Positions 28,702 through 37,534 of a stretch of 55,433 nt of DNA are shown piece by piece (the first letter of the stretch is position 1; each line of letters starts with the position of its first letter). Where the stretch lies: positions 1-55,433 of the IMG/VR virus record IMGVR_UViG_3300044707_000152; one strand, 5' to 3'. Origin of the DNA: a virus (Duplodnaviria > Caudoviricetes). Below the pieces are notes generated by a model. That model saw only the letters and a list, made by a program, of their open reading frames with translations, made no database searches and had not been told where the DNA came from. A program made the translations under genes and the position numbers.

Positions 28702-29685
28702 ATGAAAAAGAAAGAATTAGAATTGTTCAGCCCAACTCAAGAGGGCGTTATTGTCCCTCTGTCAACCTACCTCCGTCACATGGGGGAGTTCGTTAAAACC
28801 GAATGGCCGGGGATCAACATCACCGAAGCTCACATCAAGAAGGCATGGAGCAAACTCCAGAAGAACGAATACCTTGGCGACGATGCTCCAGATGAAATGT
28901 TGGAGATGTATGAGAAGATGTCCGCTGACTTAGACATGGCCGAGGAGATGGAAGAGGAACGCCTCGCCTTGCCAGCAGTAGAAGCAGAAGAAGTTGAGGT
29001 TGAAGTAACCGAAGATGAGCCAGTAAACGCATCCCTCGCCCTTGTGGAGAGTGTGAAGGATGGTTTGGAACTATCCTCATTCACTCAGAAGTTCGACATC
29101 GGATCGGGGATGACTCAGTGCGTTCCTAAAGGTAAGGTAGAGATGAAAGATTGGGTGGCAGCGTTTGCTTTCGGTCTTACTTTGGAATCGGGCGCACAAT
29201 GGATCATTGGTGATTCAGTAGTGGCTCTGGAGAATGCAGGGCATGAAGATGTAGTCAATCAGCTTTGCTCTAACTTCAAGAAGTCCTATCCAACTGTCTC
29301 TGGCTACGCTAGGGCTTGCCGCGCCTTCCCTGTTGGTCAGCGTGATCCTATGCTTCCGTTCACAGTCTACCGTGAGATTGGCAACGCTAACTTCGGAGAT
29401 GAGAAGACCAACAAGAAGAAGCAGGATGAGCTTCTTGAGGCCGCAAAGACCGAAAAGCTATCCTCTACTGAGGTTAGGAACCGAGTCCGACATGAGCAGG
29501 GTAAAGACGATAGGCCAACCCACCACCGCTACCTTGTCCTCAATGTCACCAACTTCGGCAACTCGGAGGTTGTCCGAGCCATGCCAGAAGAAGTTCAAGA
29601 ACACCAACTGCTGATCGACCTTGGCGACAAGTCATGGTTCGACCCCGCCGAAGGTGACTGGATCAAATTCTTAAAGGAGCAATAA
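28702..29685 (+). CDS. Putative DNA-binding protein (LmbU-like segment)
   Basis: QWIIGD...YARACRAFP...R.PMLPFTVYREI...KLSSTEVR resembles LmbU-type HTH regulators. Confidence 0.45.
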   Translation: MKKKELELFSPTQEGVIVPLSTYLRHMGEFVKTEWPGINITEAHIKKAWSKLQKNEYLGDDAPDEMLEMYEKMSADLDMAEEMEEERLALPAVEAEEVEVEVTEDEPVNASLALVESVKDGLELSSFTQKFDIGSGMTQCVPKGKVEMKDWVAAFAFGLTLESGAQWIIGDSVVALENAGHEDVVNQLCSNFKKSYPTVSGYARACRAFPVGQRDPMLPFTVYREIGNANFGDEKTNKKKQDELLEAAKTEKLSSTEVRNRVRHEQGKDDRPTHHRYLVLNVTNFGNSEVVRAMPEEVQEHQLLIDLGDKSWFDPAEGDWIKFLKEQ

Positions 29686-29686
29686 C

Positions 29687-29830
29687 ATGAGCAAGAAAGA
29701 TTACGAAGATGATCCAGAGCAATACTGGAAAGACAAAGAAGATCGTGAGTTAAGCGATTCAAAAGAAAAACTAAACCGCTGGGAACGGGAGAACCCGAAC
29801 TGGCCCTACGGATTCAAACCAAAAGACTAA
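29687..29830 (+). CDS. Small hypothetical protein (47 aa); not in the ORF track
   Basis: MSKKDYEDDPEQYWKDKEDRE...; fills the gap exactly. Confidence 0.55.
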   Translation: MSKKDYEDDPEQYWKDKEDRELSDSKEKLNRWERENPNWPYGFKPKD

Positions 29831-29833
29831 TTT

Positions 29834-30112
29834 ATGTCAGAACCAACACAACAAAACGAAACCTCGAAAGCCGTGCTTGAAGCATTCACCTTCATTAAGA
29901 GCGGAGACGAGACACTAAACGAACGAGTCCACGCAATGGCTAGTCTGTTGCATACAGCAGCGATGATGGTCATCAAATCAGAATCCCGCAAGGGTGAGGG
30001 GTTTGAATGTATCAAGTATCTGGAACTGGCATTCATGTATTATCAGAACGCCCAGTTCCGCAAGCGATTCGATACTGAAGAGAAGGAAGAGACTTCTCGG
30101 ATCATCAGTTAA
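29834..30112 (+). CDS. Hypothetical protein
   Basis: 92 aa ORF within the operon. Confidence 0.6.
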   Translation: MSEPTQQNETSKAVLEAFTFIKSGDETLNERVHAMASLLHTAAMMVIKSESRKGEGFECIKYLELAFMYYQNAQFRKRFDTEEKEETSRIIS

Positions 30113-30114
30113 CA

Positions 30115-30705
30115 ATGATAGTAATGCTCGATACATCGGGCAGTCTTGAAACGGCTGCAAGTGAGCTTGATTGTGAAGTCGAACAACTTTTAACACCTCT
30201 CACTTGCCGCCGAATTCAAGCCCCCGGCAAACACTTTGCGGTAGATAACGGAGCATTTTCACAATTGGAAATCAAAGGATTCTTGTCTTTACTTAAAAGA
30301 CTTGAACCAGAAAAGCACCTTTGTAGGTGGGTAGCAGTTCCAGATATTGTTGGATCAGCGAGAAGAACGCTTGAAGTATGGAGTAGATGGAAGGATCGAA
30401 TCAACTACCCATTGGCATTTGTATGTCAAGATGGGCAAGAAAACTTTGATCTACCTTGGGATGAATGCTCTGCAATATTCATCGGAGGAACAACTGAATG
30501 GAAAATGTCCAATCATGTTGTTCACCTTATCAAAACAGCAAAGGCTTTAGAGAAATGGATTCATGTTGGCAGGGTCAACACGCCCGGACGATTTGAATAC
30601 TTTGAAGAACTTGGAGTCGATAGCCTTGATGGAACTGGACTAGGTAGATACACCCACATGAGGAAAGCAATATACGAAGAAAGAAACCAACCTAAACTAT
30701 TATGA
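30115..30705 (+). CDS. dpdA: DNA 7-deazaguanine transglycosylase (DpdA / TGT-like)
   Basis: DNGAF, PDIVG, IFIGG, HVGRVN, DSLDGT match the TGT/DpdA TIM-barrel motif order; adjacent to queF-L and queD. Confidence 0.7.
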   Translation: MIVMLDTSGSLETAASELDCEVEQLLTPLTCRRIQAPGKHFAVDNGAFSQLEIKGFLSLLKRLEPEKHLCRWVAVPDIVGSARRTLEVWSRWKDRINYPLAFVCQDGQENFDLPWDECSAIFIGGTTEWKMSNHVVHLIKTAKALEKWIHVGRVNTPGRFEYFEELGVDSLDGTGLGRYTHMRKAIYEERNQPKLL

Positions 30706-30944
30706 ATATCTACGAGACAACACATAGAGCCGCTTGCCCGAACGGAAAATTGATAGACACATACGATATAAAGATAACGAGTCACAACACGATAATCGTG
30801 GAGGACTTAATTGAACTCTTGAAAGATGCGCCAAAACAAATCTATCAAGAAGACTTGGCTGATCACCTCCGCGCCAAACTTGGAGCGAAGGTAGAAGTAA
30901 TCGGATTGCACTACGGAATCAAAATAACCTGCATCAGAGAATGA
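30702..30944 (+). CDS. QueF-like (QueF-L) T-fold protein, candidate preQ0 amidinotransferase
   Basis: ACP...D.Y.I.I...VE...YQE...H pattern of QueF-like proteins; lies between dpdA and queD. Confidence 0.6.
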   Translation: MNIYETTHRAACPNGKLIDTYDIKITSHNTIIVEDLIELLKDAPKQIYQEDLADHLRAKLGAKVEVIGLHYGIKITCIRE

Positions 30945-31288
30945 AAACTACAGCATTCAAAGACTTCACATTTAGCGCGGCCCATTACCTTAAAATACCA
31001 GATCACCCATGTTCAGTCATGCACGGGCATAACTACAGAGTAAGAATAGAATGTTCTGGTCAAGTAAACACCTTGGGAATGGTAGTGGATTTTGATGAGA
31101 TAAAACGAAGGGTTGATCCAATCATTAAAAAATTGGATCACAAAGTTATCAACGATGTAATATTTGGAGGAGCAACATCAGAGTATATCGCGGCATGGAT
31201 ATTCAAACAGGCTAATGACCAACTTGGAAATGTGGTGCGAGTCACACTATTTGAAACTGATACTTGTGGAGCGATAGTAGAGAAGTAA
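30941..31288 (+). CDS. queD: 6-carboxy-5,6,7,8-tetrahydropterin synthase
   Basis: FSAAH, C..MHGHNY, GMVVDF, LDH, TSE, ET motifs. Confidence 0.93.
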   Translation: MKTTAFKDFTFSAAHYLKIPDHPCSVMHGHNYRVRIECSGQVNTLGMVVDFDEIKRRVDPIIKKLDHKVINDVIFGGATSEYIAAWIFKQANDQLGNVVRVTLFETDTCGAIVEK

Positions 31289-31311
31289 GTATCGTAACCG
31301 ATAAAAATGAT

Positions 31312-31339
31312 TTGACATTGGTCTTCTGTCCGCTAGGTT
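31312..31339 (+). promoter_or_regulatory. Sigma70-like promoter facing a non-coding region
   Basis: TTGACA-N16-TAGGTT, 8 nt after a palindrome copy. Confidence 0.55.
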
Positions 31340-31398
31340 GCTCGTATCCAATACGAGTTCTAGCCGGACTTTGGAGATCAATTTTCAGTCAATAAAAT

Positions 31399-31442
31399 GG
31401 GTCTGTTGTATTCCGGCTAGATGCAACAGGCCCAATTTTTTT
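31399..31442 (+). terminator. Terminator/attenuator hairpin
   Basis: GGGTCTGTTGTAT-TCCGGCTAG-ATGCAACAGGCCC then AATTTTTTT. Confidence 0.65.
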
Positions 31443-31807
31443 GCCACCATTGGATCGTGTAGCCAGCGGGGATGCGTGAAGGACGCACCGAGAGTAGTCT
31501 GCTAAATACTGGTGAAGGAGTGGAGTTGGAATGGCTGCTAAGACTGTTATCCTGCCAACTTAATGTGCCAGCAATGGCGACTTGCAATTAGTCAACGATA
31601 TTAGACTAGTCTAGGTAAAGGAGAACCGCTGGACGTGGATTGCGAAGCGAAGGTGATACACCCATACAGAAACGTGTATGATTCATTCGGCAAGTTTTCC
31701 CAAATTTTTGGGAGACTTGTCGCTCTGGTTCTGCCCCGCCAGAAACGCAGGAGATTCATTCTCCGAGTAGAATATATTCTGAATAGTTTCAGATTGGTTT
31801 AGATAAC

Positions 31808-31845
31808 AAAAAAACCAGAAAGGAATTTCTTCCAATCTGGTTTTT
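31808..31845. terminator. Bidirectional terminator between convergent transcripts
   Basis: AAAAACCAGA...TCTGGTTTTT. Confidence 0.65.
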
Positions 31846-31865
31846 AAGTTTAAGTGAAACTGGTT

Positions 31866-33494
31866 TTAAATCAGATTCTCTTCTTCATCTTTTGGAGCTA
31901 GTGAGATAGTCCCATCTATCTCGCCATCTGCCAGCAAATCCATGTTCTTCAACTTGCCGTCTAGTTTTTCACAGATGGATTCCTCAATCCCTACACCAGC
32001 GGCGTAGATGATATACTGAATCGACTTCGACTTGCCGCCTGCCCGATGCACTCGACCCAATACTTGCTTCAGGTCGAAAACGCTAGGGCTAGGCATTATT
32101 AGCGCGACTCTCGGATGGTTGCCGTTGAGGTCTTGAAGGTTTAATCCTTCCCTGCAAGCTTGTATGATACCCACGATAACCCGTGAGTCATCGCGCTGGA
32201 AGCTGTCGATGTTACCTCTACGCTCTAGTTCATCCTGACCGCCGTGGATAGAGCAACTAGTTTTAAGCTCATCCAGAATAAACTTGCGAGTTTCGCTGTA
32301 GTTGACCGCTACGAATACCGAGTTGCCTTCTTCGATCATATCTCTGACCATAGCGCAAACCGCCGGGGCTTTGTGGAGTTCAATTCTTTGACGAGCGCGG
32401 GTCTGCTCTGCCAAAACATTAGCGGAGAAGTTTTCTAAGCCCCGCAACTCTTCGATACGATTACAAAGATCGTCATACTCACCAGCAATCTTTCGAGCGT
32501 TATCCATATCGAATGCTCTTGCCTTAATCATAGTCTCAGGGAACGCATCACCCAAGTCTGAGTGACGGAGCCGATTGCCTTTCTCTGGATAGATACGAGA
32601 ATGCAACTTCTTCAAGACCGAATGCCCTCCTGTGAACTGCATTCCGAAGCGGGTTTTCCTGCATCCGTTCTGTGATAGGAAACGGAAGTAATCCTTGCCG
32701 CCTTGATGAAGACCTAAAAACTGACCGATTGCCCATAGCTTGGTAGGATCATCCGCAATAGTAGCAGACAGAGCAATGGCAGGAATGTTCTGGACTACTG
32801 AATCCCGAACGAGATAGGCATTCTGTGTAGCTTCACCCTTGCCGCGATGAACCTCATCGAATACGAGTAGAACATCTTCGGGCAACATGAAACGGAATGT
32901 TTTCTTATGCTCATCCGTCCATCGGCCTAACTGACTCTTACCAGTTTTCGCCCATTCCCACCCACAAATCTCAAATACCTCAACGCCCATCATCTTCGCG
33001 GCACGATGCCAGTCCGTTGTAATAGGTTTGGGGCAGACTACCGCGATGCGTTTACCAAGCTCTCTAGCGATACCCAAGGCGCAGAATGTTTTTCCTACGC
33101 CCGTGGAGTGTCCGAGAAGGACGCGATTGTATTTGTTCATCGAAGCAACGCCCATCTGAACTGAGGTTTGCTGATACTCAAAGAGTCCTTCGGGATGAAG
33201 TAGAGGGATCAGATTAAGTTCTGGTTCCACTTCTGTCTGAGTATCGGTTACGATAATTGACTTAAATTTAAGCTGATCATCTGACCAGTGCGTCAACTGC
33301 CACTCTTCGCGGAATTTACCTAACTGAATGCCAGCGTCACCCATTTGCTTCTTGAATAGCTCTTTATCTTCACCATATACTTTCCAGAATTGTGGAGTAA
33401 TGGGAGCTTTCTTGAGGAGTCGAACGCCTCGCTTTGTATTGAGTTGAATGGGATGCGACCACTCAACCGTTGCCATAAGGTCGTGGATGTTCAT
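31866..33494 (-). CDS. Superfamily 2 (SNF2-like) helicase
   Basis: STGVGKT (motif I), DEVH (II), LSAT (III), EGLNL (V), QVLGRVHR (VI). Confidence 0.9.
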   Translation of the reverse strand: MNIHDLMATVEWSHPIQLNTKRGVRLLKKAPITPQFWKVYGEDKELFKKQMGDAGIQLGKFREEWQLTHWSDDQLKFKSIIVTDTQTEVEPELNLIPLLHPEGLFEYQQTSVQMGVASMNKYNRVLLGHSTGVGKTFCALGIARELGKRIAVVCPKPITTDWHRAAKMMGVEVFEICGWEWAKTGKSQLGRWTDEHKKTFRFMLPEDVLLVFDEVHRGKGEATQNAYLVRDSVVQNIPAIALSATIADDPTKLWAIGQFLGLHQGGKDYFRFLSQNGCRKTRFGMQFTGGHSVLKKLHSRIYPEKGNRLRHSDLGDAFPETMIKARAFDMDNARKIAGEYDDLCNRIEELRGLENFSANVLAEQTRARQRIELHKAPAVCAMVRDMIEEGNSVFVAVNYSETRKFILDELKTSCSIHGGQDELERRGNIDSFQRDDSRVIVGIIQACREGLNLQDLNGNHPRVALIMPSPSVFDLKQVLGRVHRAGGKSKSIQYIIYAAGVGIEESICEKLDGKLKNMDLLADGEIDGTISLAPKDEEENLI

Positions 33495-33679
33495 CGTGTC
33501 TTCCTCGCGTTATCTAAGGCACGGCGGCACTGCATCATAAGAAGCGTGTCACCTTCTCCATAAGCATCAATAACGGCTTCCAGTGCGTCCATCATTTCCC
33601 GCTTCACCGACTCGCCAGAAAGCGGGGAGTCTTTGTAACGGAACAAGGGCTTCTGTTTGTGCATGGTGAATGTTCTCAT
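33491..33679 (-). CDS. Hypothetical protein
   Basis: 62 aa; ATGA-coupled to the helicase. Confidence 0.6.
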   Translation of the reverse strand: MRTFTMHKQKPLFRYKDSPLSGESVKREMMDALEAVIDAYGEGDTLLMMQCRRALDNARKTR

Positions 33680-33828
33680 TTCTTATATGGGATGGACTTG
33701 ACGTTTTTGTTAGGGTAGACAGTAGACCGGAATTTAGGCATTTCGGTTTGCTTCTCTGCTTTCTGCCATAGGCGGATATAGGCTTCTGGTGGAAGGCAAG
33801 TTGACTCTGTTTTTTCTGTATAACTCAT
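33676..33828 (-). CDS. Small hypothetical protein (50 aa); not in the ORF track
   Basis: MSYTEKTESTCLPPEAYIRLWQ...; A/C-rich leader; ATGA overlap downstream. Confidence 0.55.
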   Translation of the reverse strand: MSYTEKTESTCLPPEAYIRLWQKAEKQTEMPKFRSTVYPNKNVKSIPYKK

Positions 33829-33917
33829 GTTATGTTATTGGTTTAGGTTTGGTTTATTGTGTTGTGTTGTGGAGGGAAAACTATTGACAAGCGGAAAGGC
33901 GTAGAATAGAAAAGGGT

Positions 33918-34496
33918 ATGAAGCAAGAATATAATATCGAATCACTCGGAACTCGTGGAGTGAAGCGAGGCAATAGGAAATGGGATACAGCTAAAATTGA
34001 GGCGTTATACATGGCAGGCGCGGAGTTGGGTGACATTCTCAAGACTCCAGAGTTTGAGAAGATGAGTAAAAACTATCTCAAAAATTTGATGGTTCAAGGG
34101 AAGTGGATCGCAAAACGAATCAAATTGCGTGAAGAGGTAGCGAACACGCTTGCGCCAAAGATGGAAGATGTGATGCGTAGGGAGACAGAGAATCACTACA
34201 ACTTCATGCTGCAGCAAATTTCTGAGGAACGGAAACAAATTGAGATACGGAACAAATCGGGGAACATTAAAGACCAGTCGGCACGTCTGGACGTTCTCGC
34301 GCAATACGAGAAAATGGCTACGAGAGCCTTGGGGTTGGATGAAAACAACCTTCACGATAGAAAGGGTTTAAATATCAATGCCATGATAAGCCTCCATGTG
34401 GAGGGGCCGAAGAAAGCGGAGGACATTACTATTGTTCCAATGGAATGTTCCAACCCTGTGGAGGGGGAGTTTGAACCAGTGGAAAGGCAACAATAG
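33918..34496 (+). CDS. HTH protein, terminase-small-subunit-like
   Basis: KWDTAKIEALYMAG...KW N-terminal HTH, helical core, RALGLD motif; TTGACA upstream at 33884. Confidence 0.5.
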   Translation: MKQEYNIESLGTRGVKRGNRKWDTAKIEALYMAGAELGDILKTPEFEKMSKNYLKNLMVQGKWIAKRIKLREEVANTLAPKMEDVMRRETENHYNFMLQQISEERKQIEIRNKSGNIKDQSARLDVLAQYEKMATRALGLDENNLHDRKGLNINAMISLHVEGPKKAEDITIVPMECSNPVEGEFEPVERQQ

Positions 34497-34574
34497 GTTA
34501 GCGGAAATCGTGTCATAAAAAAGTATTTACAAAAGGCAGAATAGGATTGGACTATTTCTGCCCTCTGTGGAGGG

Positions 34575-34829
34575 TTAATCTCCCTTTGATAAAATAACCC
34601 TTTGATCGTTACAATATCGCAAAGCCCCTTCGCGTGTGGACTGCGTAGCGATAATCCGGCAATCTGAATCAATCACCCAGAATTTAGCCTTCAAAATGAG
34701 AAGGGAATCCATACCTCCGACAACTTCTCGCTTTAGCATTTCAATGTTTTCTTTGTGTTTGAAATACAACTCATTAGCTAAGTTTCCGGCAATAGTATTT
34801 CCAGATTCAGAAAAAATAATCTCGTTCAT
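34575..34829 (-). CDS. Hypothetical protein
   Basis: Likely start MNEIIF at 34829 (ATGA overlap). Confidence 0.55.
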   Translation of the reverse strand: MNEIIFSESGNTIAGNLANELYFKHKENIEMLKREVVGGMDSLLILKAKFWVIDSDCRIIATQSTREGALRYCNDQRVILSKGD

Positions 34830-35101
34830 GCTTCCCCCTTTGCTTTGCAAATTGCGTCGGATGCGTCGGAAATAAAAGCCCATATCGGCTCGTTTCCGTC
34901 TGGCGCGTAGTGTTCAGCGTCTTTAACGGCGCGTTTCATTAGCCCTTCCAATGCGGAGAGCAAATCGGGAGCGGCTGAGATGAGGCGAGCGTTGGCAATG
35001 TTTCCGCTGTGGAGAGCGCAAATCTCAGTTTTGCCATATTTGATTATGCCCCATGTTGGATCGTGTTTCCAAGGGCCGGGAGTGTGGAGTGTATTATTCA
35101 T
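34826..35101 (-). CDS. Conserved phage protein (HTPGPW...ANARLI.AAP.L family)
   Basis: HTPGPW and ANARLISAAPDLL motifs. Confidence 0.75.
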   Translation of the reverse strand: MNNTLHTPGPWKHDPTWGIIKYGKTEICALHSGNIANARLISAAPDLLSALEGLMKRAVKDAEHYAPDGNEPIWAFISDASDAICKAKGEA

Positions 35102-35294
35102 GTTTGTGTTGTGTTGTGTTGTGTTGTGGAGGGGAAATCAGTGTGGAGGGATTATCGGAAACGATCACGCCTCATAGAATGCGCGAAAGAAAATAGGAAT
35201 GGCATAGTAGCGGAGAGAGAATAAAAACGAGAATGCGGGGCGAATAGAGCAAAGCGGGAGAGGTTCGGACTCTTCCCGCATACTGTGGAGGGGA

Positions 35295-35531
35295 TTAAAA
35301 CAAAATGAAGGAATAATTCACTTCACTTTCAACGGGATTGATTTTCTCCCATGTTTTCTTGCCACAAGTAAGAGTTTTCGCCTTTTCGTTGAAAACTACA
35401 GTGTGTAGAGAAATAAATCCCCCATTGGAAGCGGGGACTGTTTCGCATTTTTTAACGAATCCCCGCCGATTGCCAGCGCGGACGGGCGTATTGGGGGAAA
35501 GTATATCGTCTGAACCAATTTTTCTGTTCAT
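35295..35531 (-). CDS. Hypothetical protein
   Basis: 78 aa; followed by a hairpin at about 35254-35279. Confidence 0.55.
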   Translation of the reverse strand: MNRKIGSDDILSPNTPVRAGNRRGFVKKCETVPASNGGFISLHTVVFNEKAKTLTCGKKTWEKINPVESEVNYSFILF

Positions 35532-35810
35532 AGAAGGATGAAGATTAAAGCCGCGCCAATTGTGGAGAGTGTGAGCAAAAAACCAAAAAAGCGATTTTTT
35601 GCGCGATTATATTGGAGAGATGAGGAGAGTTTATTCATTGGAAAGATTCTGCTAAGGTTTCAGGGTCAAAGCCACGGCGGGCGCATTCATTGGCGAATGC
35701 CTCCCACGCTGCGGAGGTGTTTTCTGAGATATATTTGAAATAAAGTGAACGGATTTTTGACATAAGAAGAGAGAGAAAAGCGGGATGGATAGAACATCCC
35801 GCATTGGTTT

Positions 35811-36086
35811 TTACTTAGTGAAGGTCAGCCCGGCGATGAAGGCGGAGAGACGCTCATAAGCATCCCTCGCGGTGATATGGCCATTCCAGATCGCGCTCCA
35901 TGTTCCTCCTTCCTCGCTCATCTTTCCAACACCGTATCCGCCGTATGCTTGGGTTAGGATGAAAACACCTTGATTGACGGAACGCGTCCCATCTTCGTGT
36001 AAGGTGTAAGGTGTAGAAGGAAGGCCCAAGATTGAATTGATAGTATCAATGCGGGCTTGTAATAGTTTTTTAGTAATGCGATTCAT
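35811..36086 (-). CDS. Hypothetical early protein
   Basis: 91 aa with AYGGY motif; followed by hairpin GCGGGATG...CATCCCGC. Confidence 0.65.
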   Translation of the reverse strand: MNRITKKLLQARIDTINSILGLPSTPYTLHEDGTRSVNQGVFILTQAYGGYGVGKMSEEGGTWSAIWNGHITARDAYERLSAFIAGLTFTK

Positions 36087-36124
36087 TTTATTATATAGGG
36101 TGTAGGTTTATGTTATGGGGGAAA

Positions 36125-36280
36125 TTATCGGGAAGCTATTTGATCCAAGGCATCGGCAATGATATTAGCAGACCACGCATCAGGGAGCATGGTTTCTACT
36201 TTATCAATGACAGATTGATTCTTTCCATGCTTGTCAATGTATCGGATGACAGCTTGCAATAGTTCGTCGTATGTTCTCAT
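36125..36280 (-). CDS. Small hypothetical protein (51 aa); not in the ORF track
   Basis: MRTYDELLQAVIRYIDKHG...; A-rich leader. Confidence 0.5.
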   Translation of the reverse strand: MRTYDELLQAVIRYIDKHGKNQSVIDKVETMLPDAWSANIIADALDQIASR

Positions 36281-36379
36281 TTTTTCTTTCGTTCTAATTG
36301 TTGGATTTTTAGTTTCAGCGCATGGATTTTTTTCGCATCCGTCATGGATGCAAGTTTGATCTTCAGTGCGTATATTTGT

Positions 36380-36601
36380 TTATTCACAGGATTCAATGTC
36401 GGCATTCACGCAAGCTTCACAATAGCCGCCTTCATTCAATAAACGCACGGGATACTTTACTCGGCATTCCGTGCATTTGATTTCAAATCCACTGATGCGA
36501 CGGTCAACGCACATGGCAGCGATTCCGATTGGTAGGATGTCATCATCGCATTTCAAGAAACGCTGACCATCAATTTTTGATTTCATTGGTATAATTGTCA
36601 T
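36380..36601 (-). CDS. Small Zn-finger-like protein
   Basis: CTEC...CEAC. Confidence 0.55.
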   Translation of the reverse strand: MTIIPMKSKIDGQRFLKCDDDILPIGIAAMCVDRRISGFEIKCTECRVKYPVRLLNEGGYCEACVNADIESCE

Positions 36602-37534
36602 ATAGGGTTTTTTCTAATTGTAGCGGCATGATAGCCACCGGATTTTTCTGCATTGATTCGACACTGACATTTGCCAGTGCGAAAATTATTTTTTAGCCAA
36701 AGAGCGAATTGTGAAATTACCCGCAGACCCTGATTTCATCGGCATCAGCGAGCAGCACGAGAGAGAGAATACAACACAGAGAGAATATGTCAATAGATTT
36801 TTTTTGATTATTTTTAGAATAGGAAAACACGATGATCATTTCAATCATATATCGTCATATAGTTATATAGCTATAGAGCGATACTTGCCATCGAATATCG
36901 ATATATCGCTATACAGCGATGTTTGCTAGGCAAGCCACTTCCCGAGCATTTTTTGGTAGGCATTTTCTGCACCCTGATAAAATCCCCGCACCTCAAATCC
37001 CCTTTTCCGGCCATCGCTCGGAAATGCGATTGCACCCCAATTTCACCCAATACCGATATTCAGCCTCGCCAATAAAAACACGATAGCGGCCATCCTCGCG
37101 CAATAGTTATTGCAAGCCGCTTGCATTACGTCATCCCGCTAATGAGACTGGTAGCTTCTGATAATATCAGTAGGAAATAGCGGCGACCTTTCTAGTCTCA
37201 ATAAGCCCGCAATCATTGGCGATCATGTTCACCCTGTATCATTGGCAAGGCTACGCTGTGACATAGGCAACGCATTACTCGTTAGCATAGCACAGCGCAC
37301 AGTATAGCCATGGCACAGGCCTAAGGAATCTCTTTTTATATAGGACGACGACCCCCGCACCCCTCTACCCCATGCACCCCAGCGCGCCAGCTCCCAATGC
37401 GGAAACCCCTCTCCCCATAAAAACTGCCTTTTTGTATGTCAATATAGTCTATTGACAAGTCTTATATGATGCTCATGTGCAATTGTATTTTTGATGCTGA
37501 AATACAAATCTGAATTCTTGAATTGTATTTATTA

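Larger units (their letters stand above)
31341..31845 (+). ncRNA. Candidate structured non-coding RNA (unassigned family)
   Basis: About 500 nt without a credible ORF; many nested helices; promoter upstream and terminator downstream. Confidence 0.45.

Noticed and set aside
31355-31400. preQ1-I riboswitch suggested by GTTCTAG next to queD
   Set aside because: It lies downstream of queD, lacks the short stem followed directly by an A-rich tail, and the segment pairs better with the terminator loop
31455-31800. Group I intron, RNase P RNA or tmRNA
   Set aside because: No interrupted gene, P7 elements not in the expected order, no GAGGAAAGUCC core, and no tRNA-like ends
33868-35567. DnaA-box cluster
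   Set aside because: Reverse complement CCCTCCACA/CTCTCCACA shares only TCCACA with TTATCCACA, and a clearer iteron origin exists in the initiator gene
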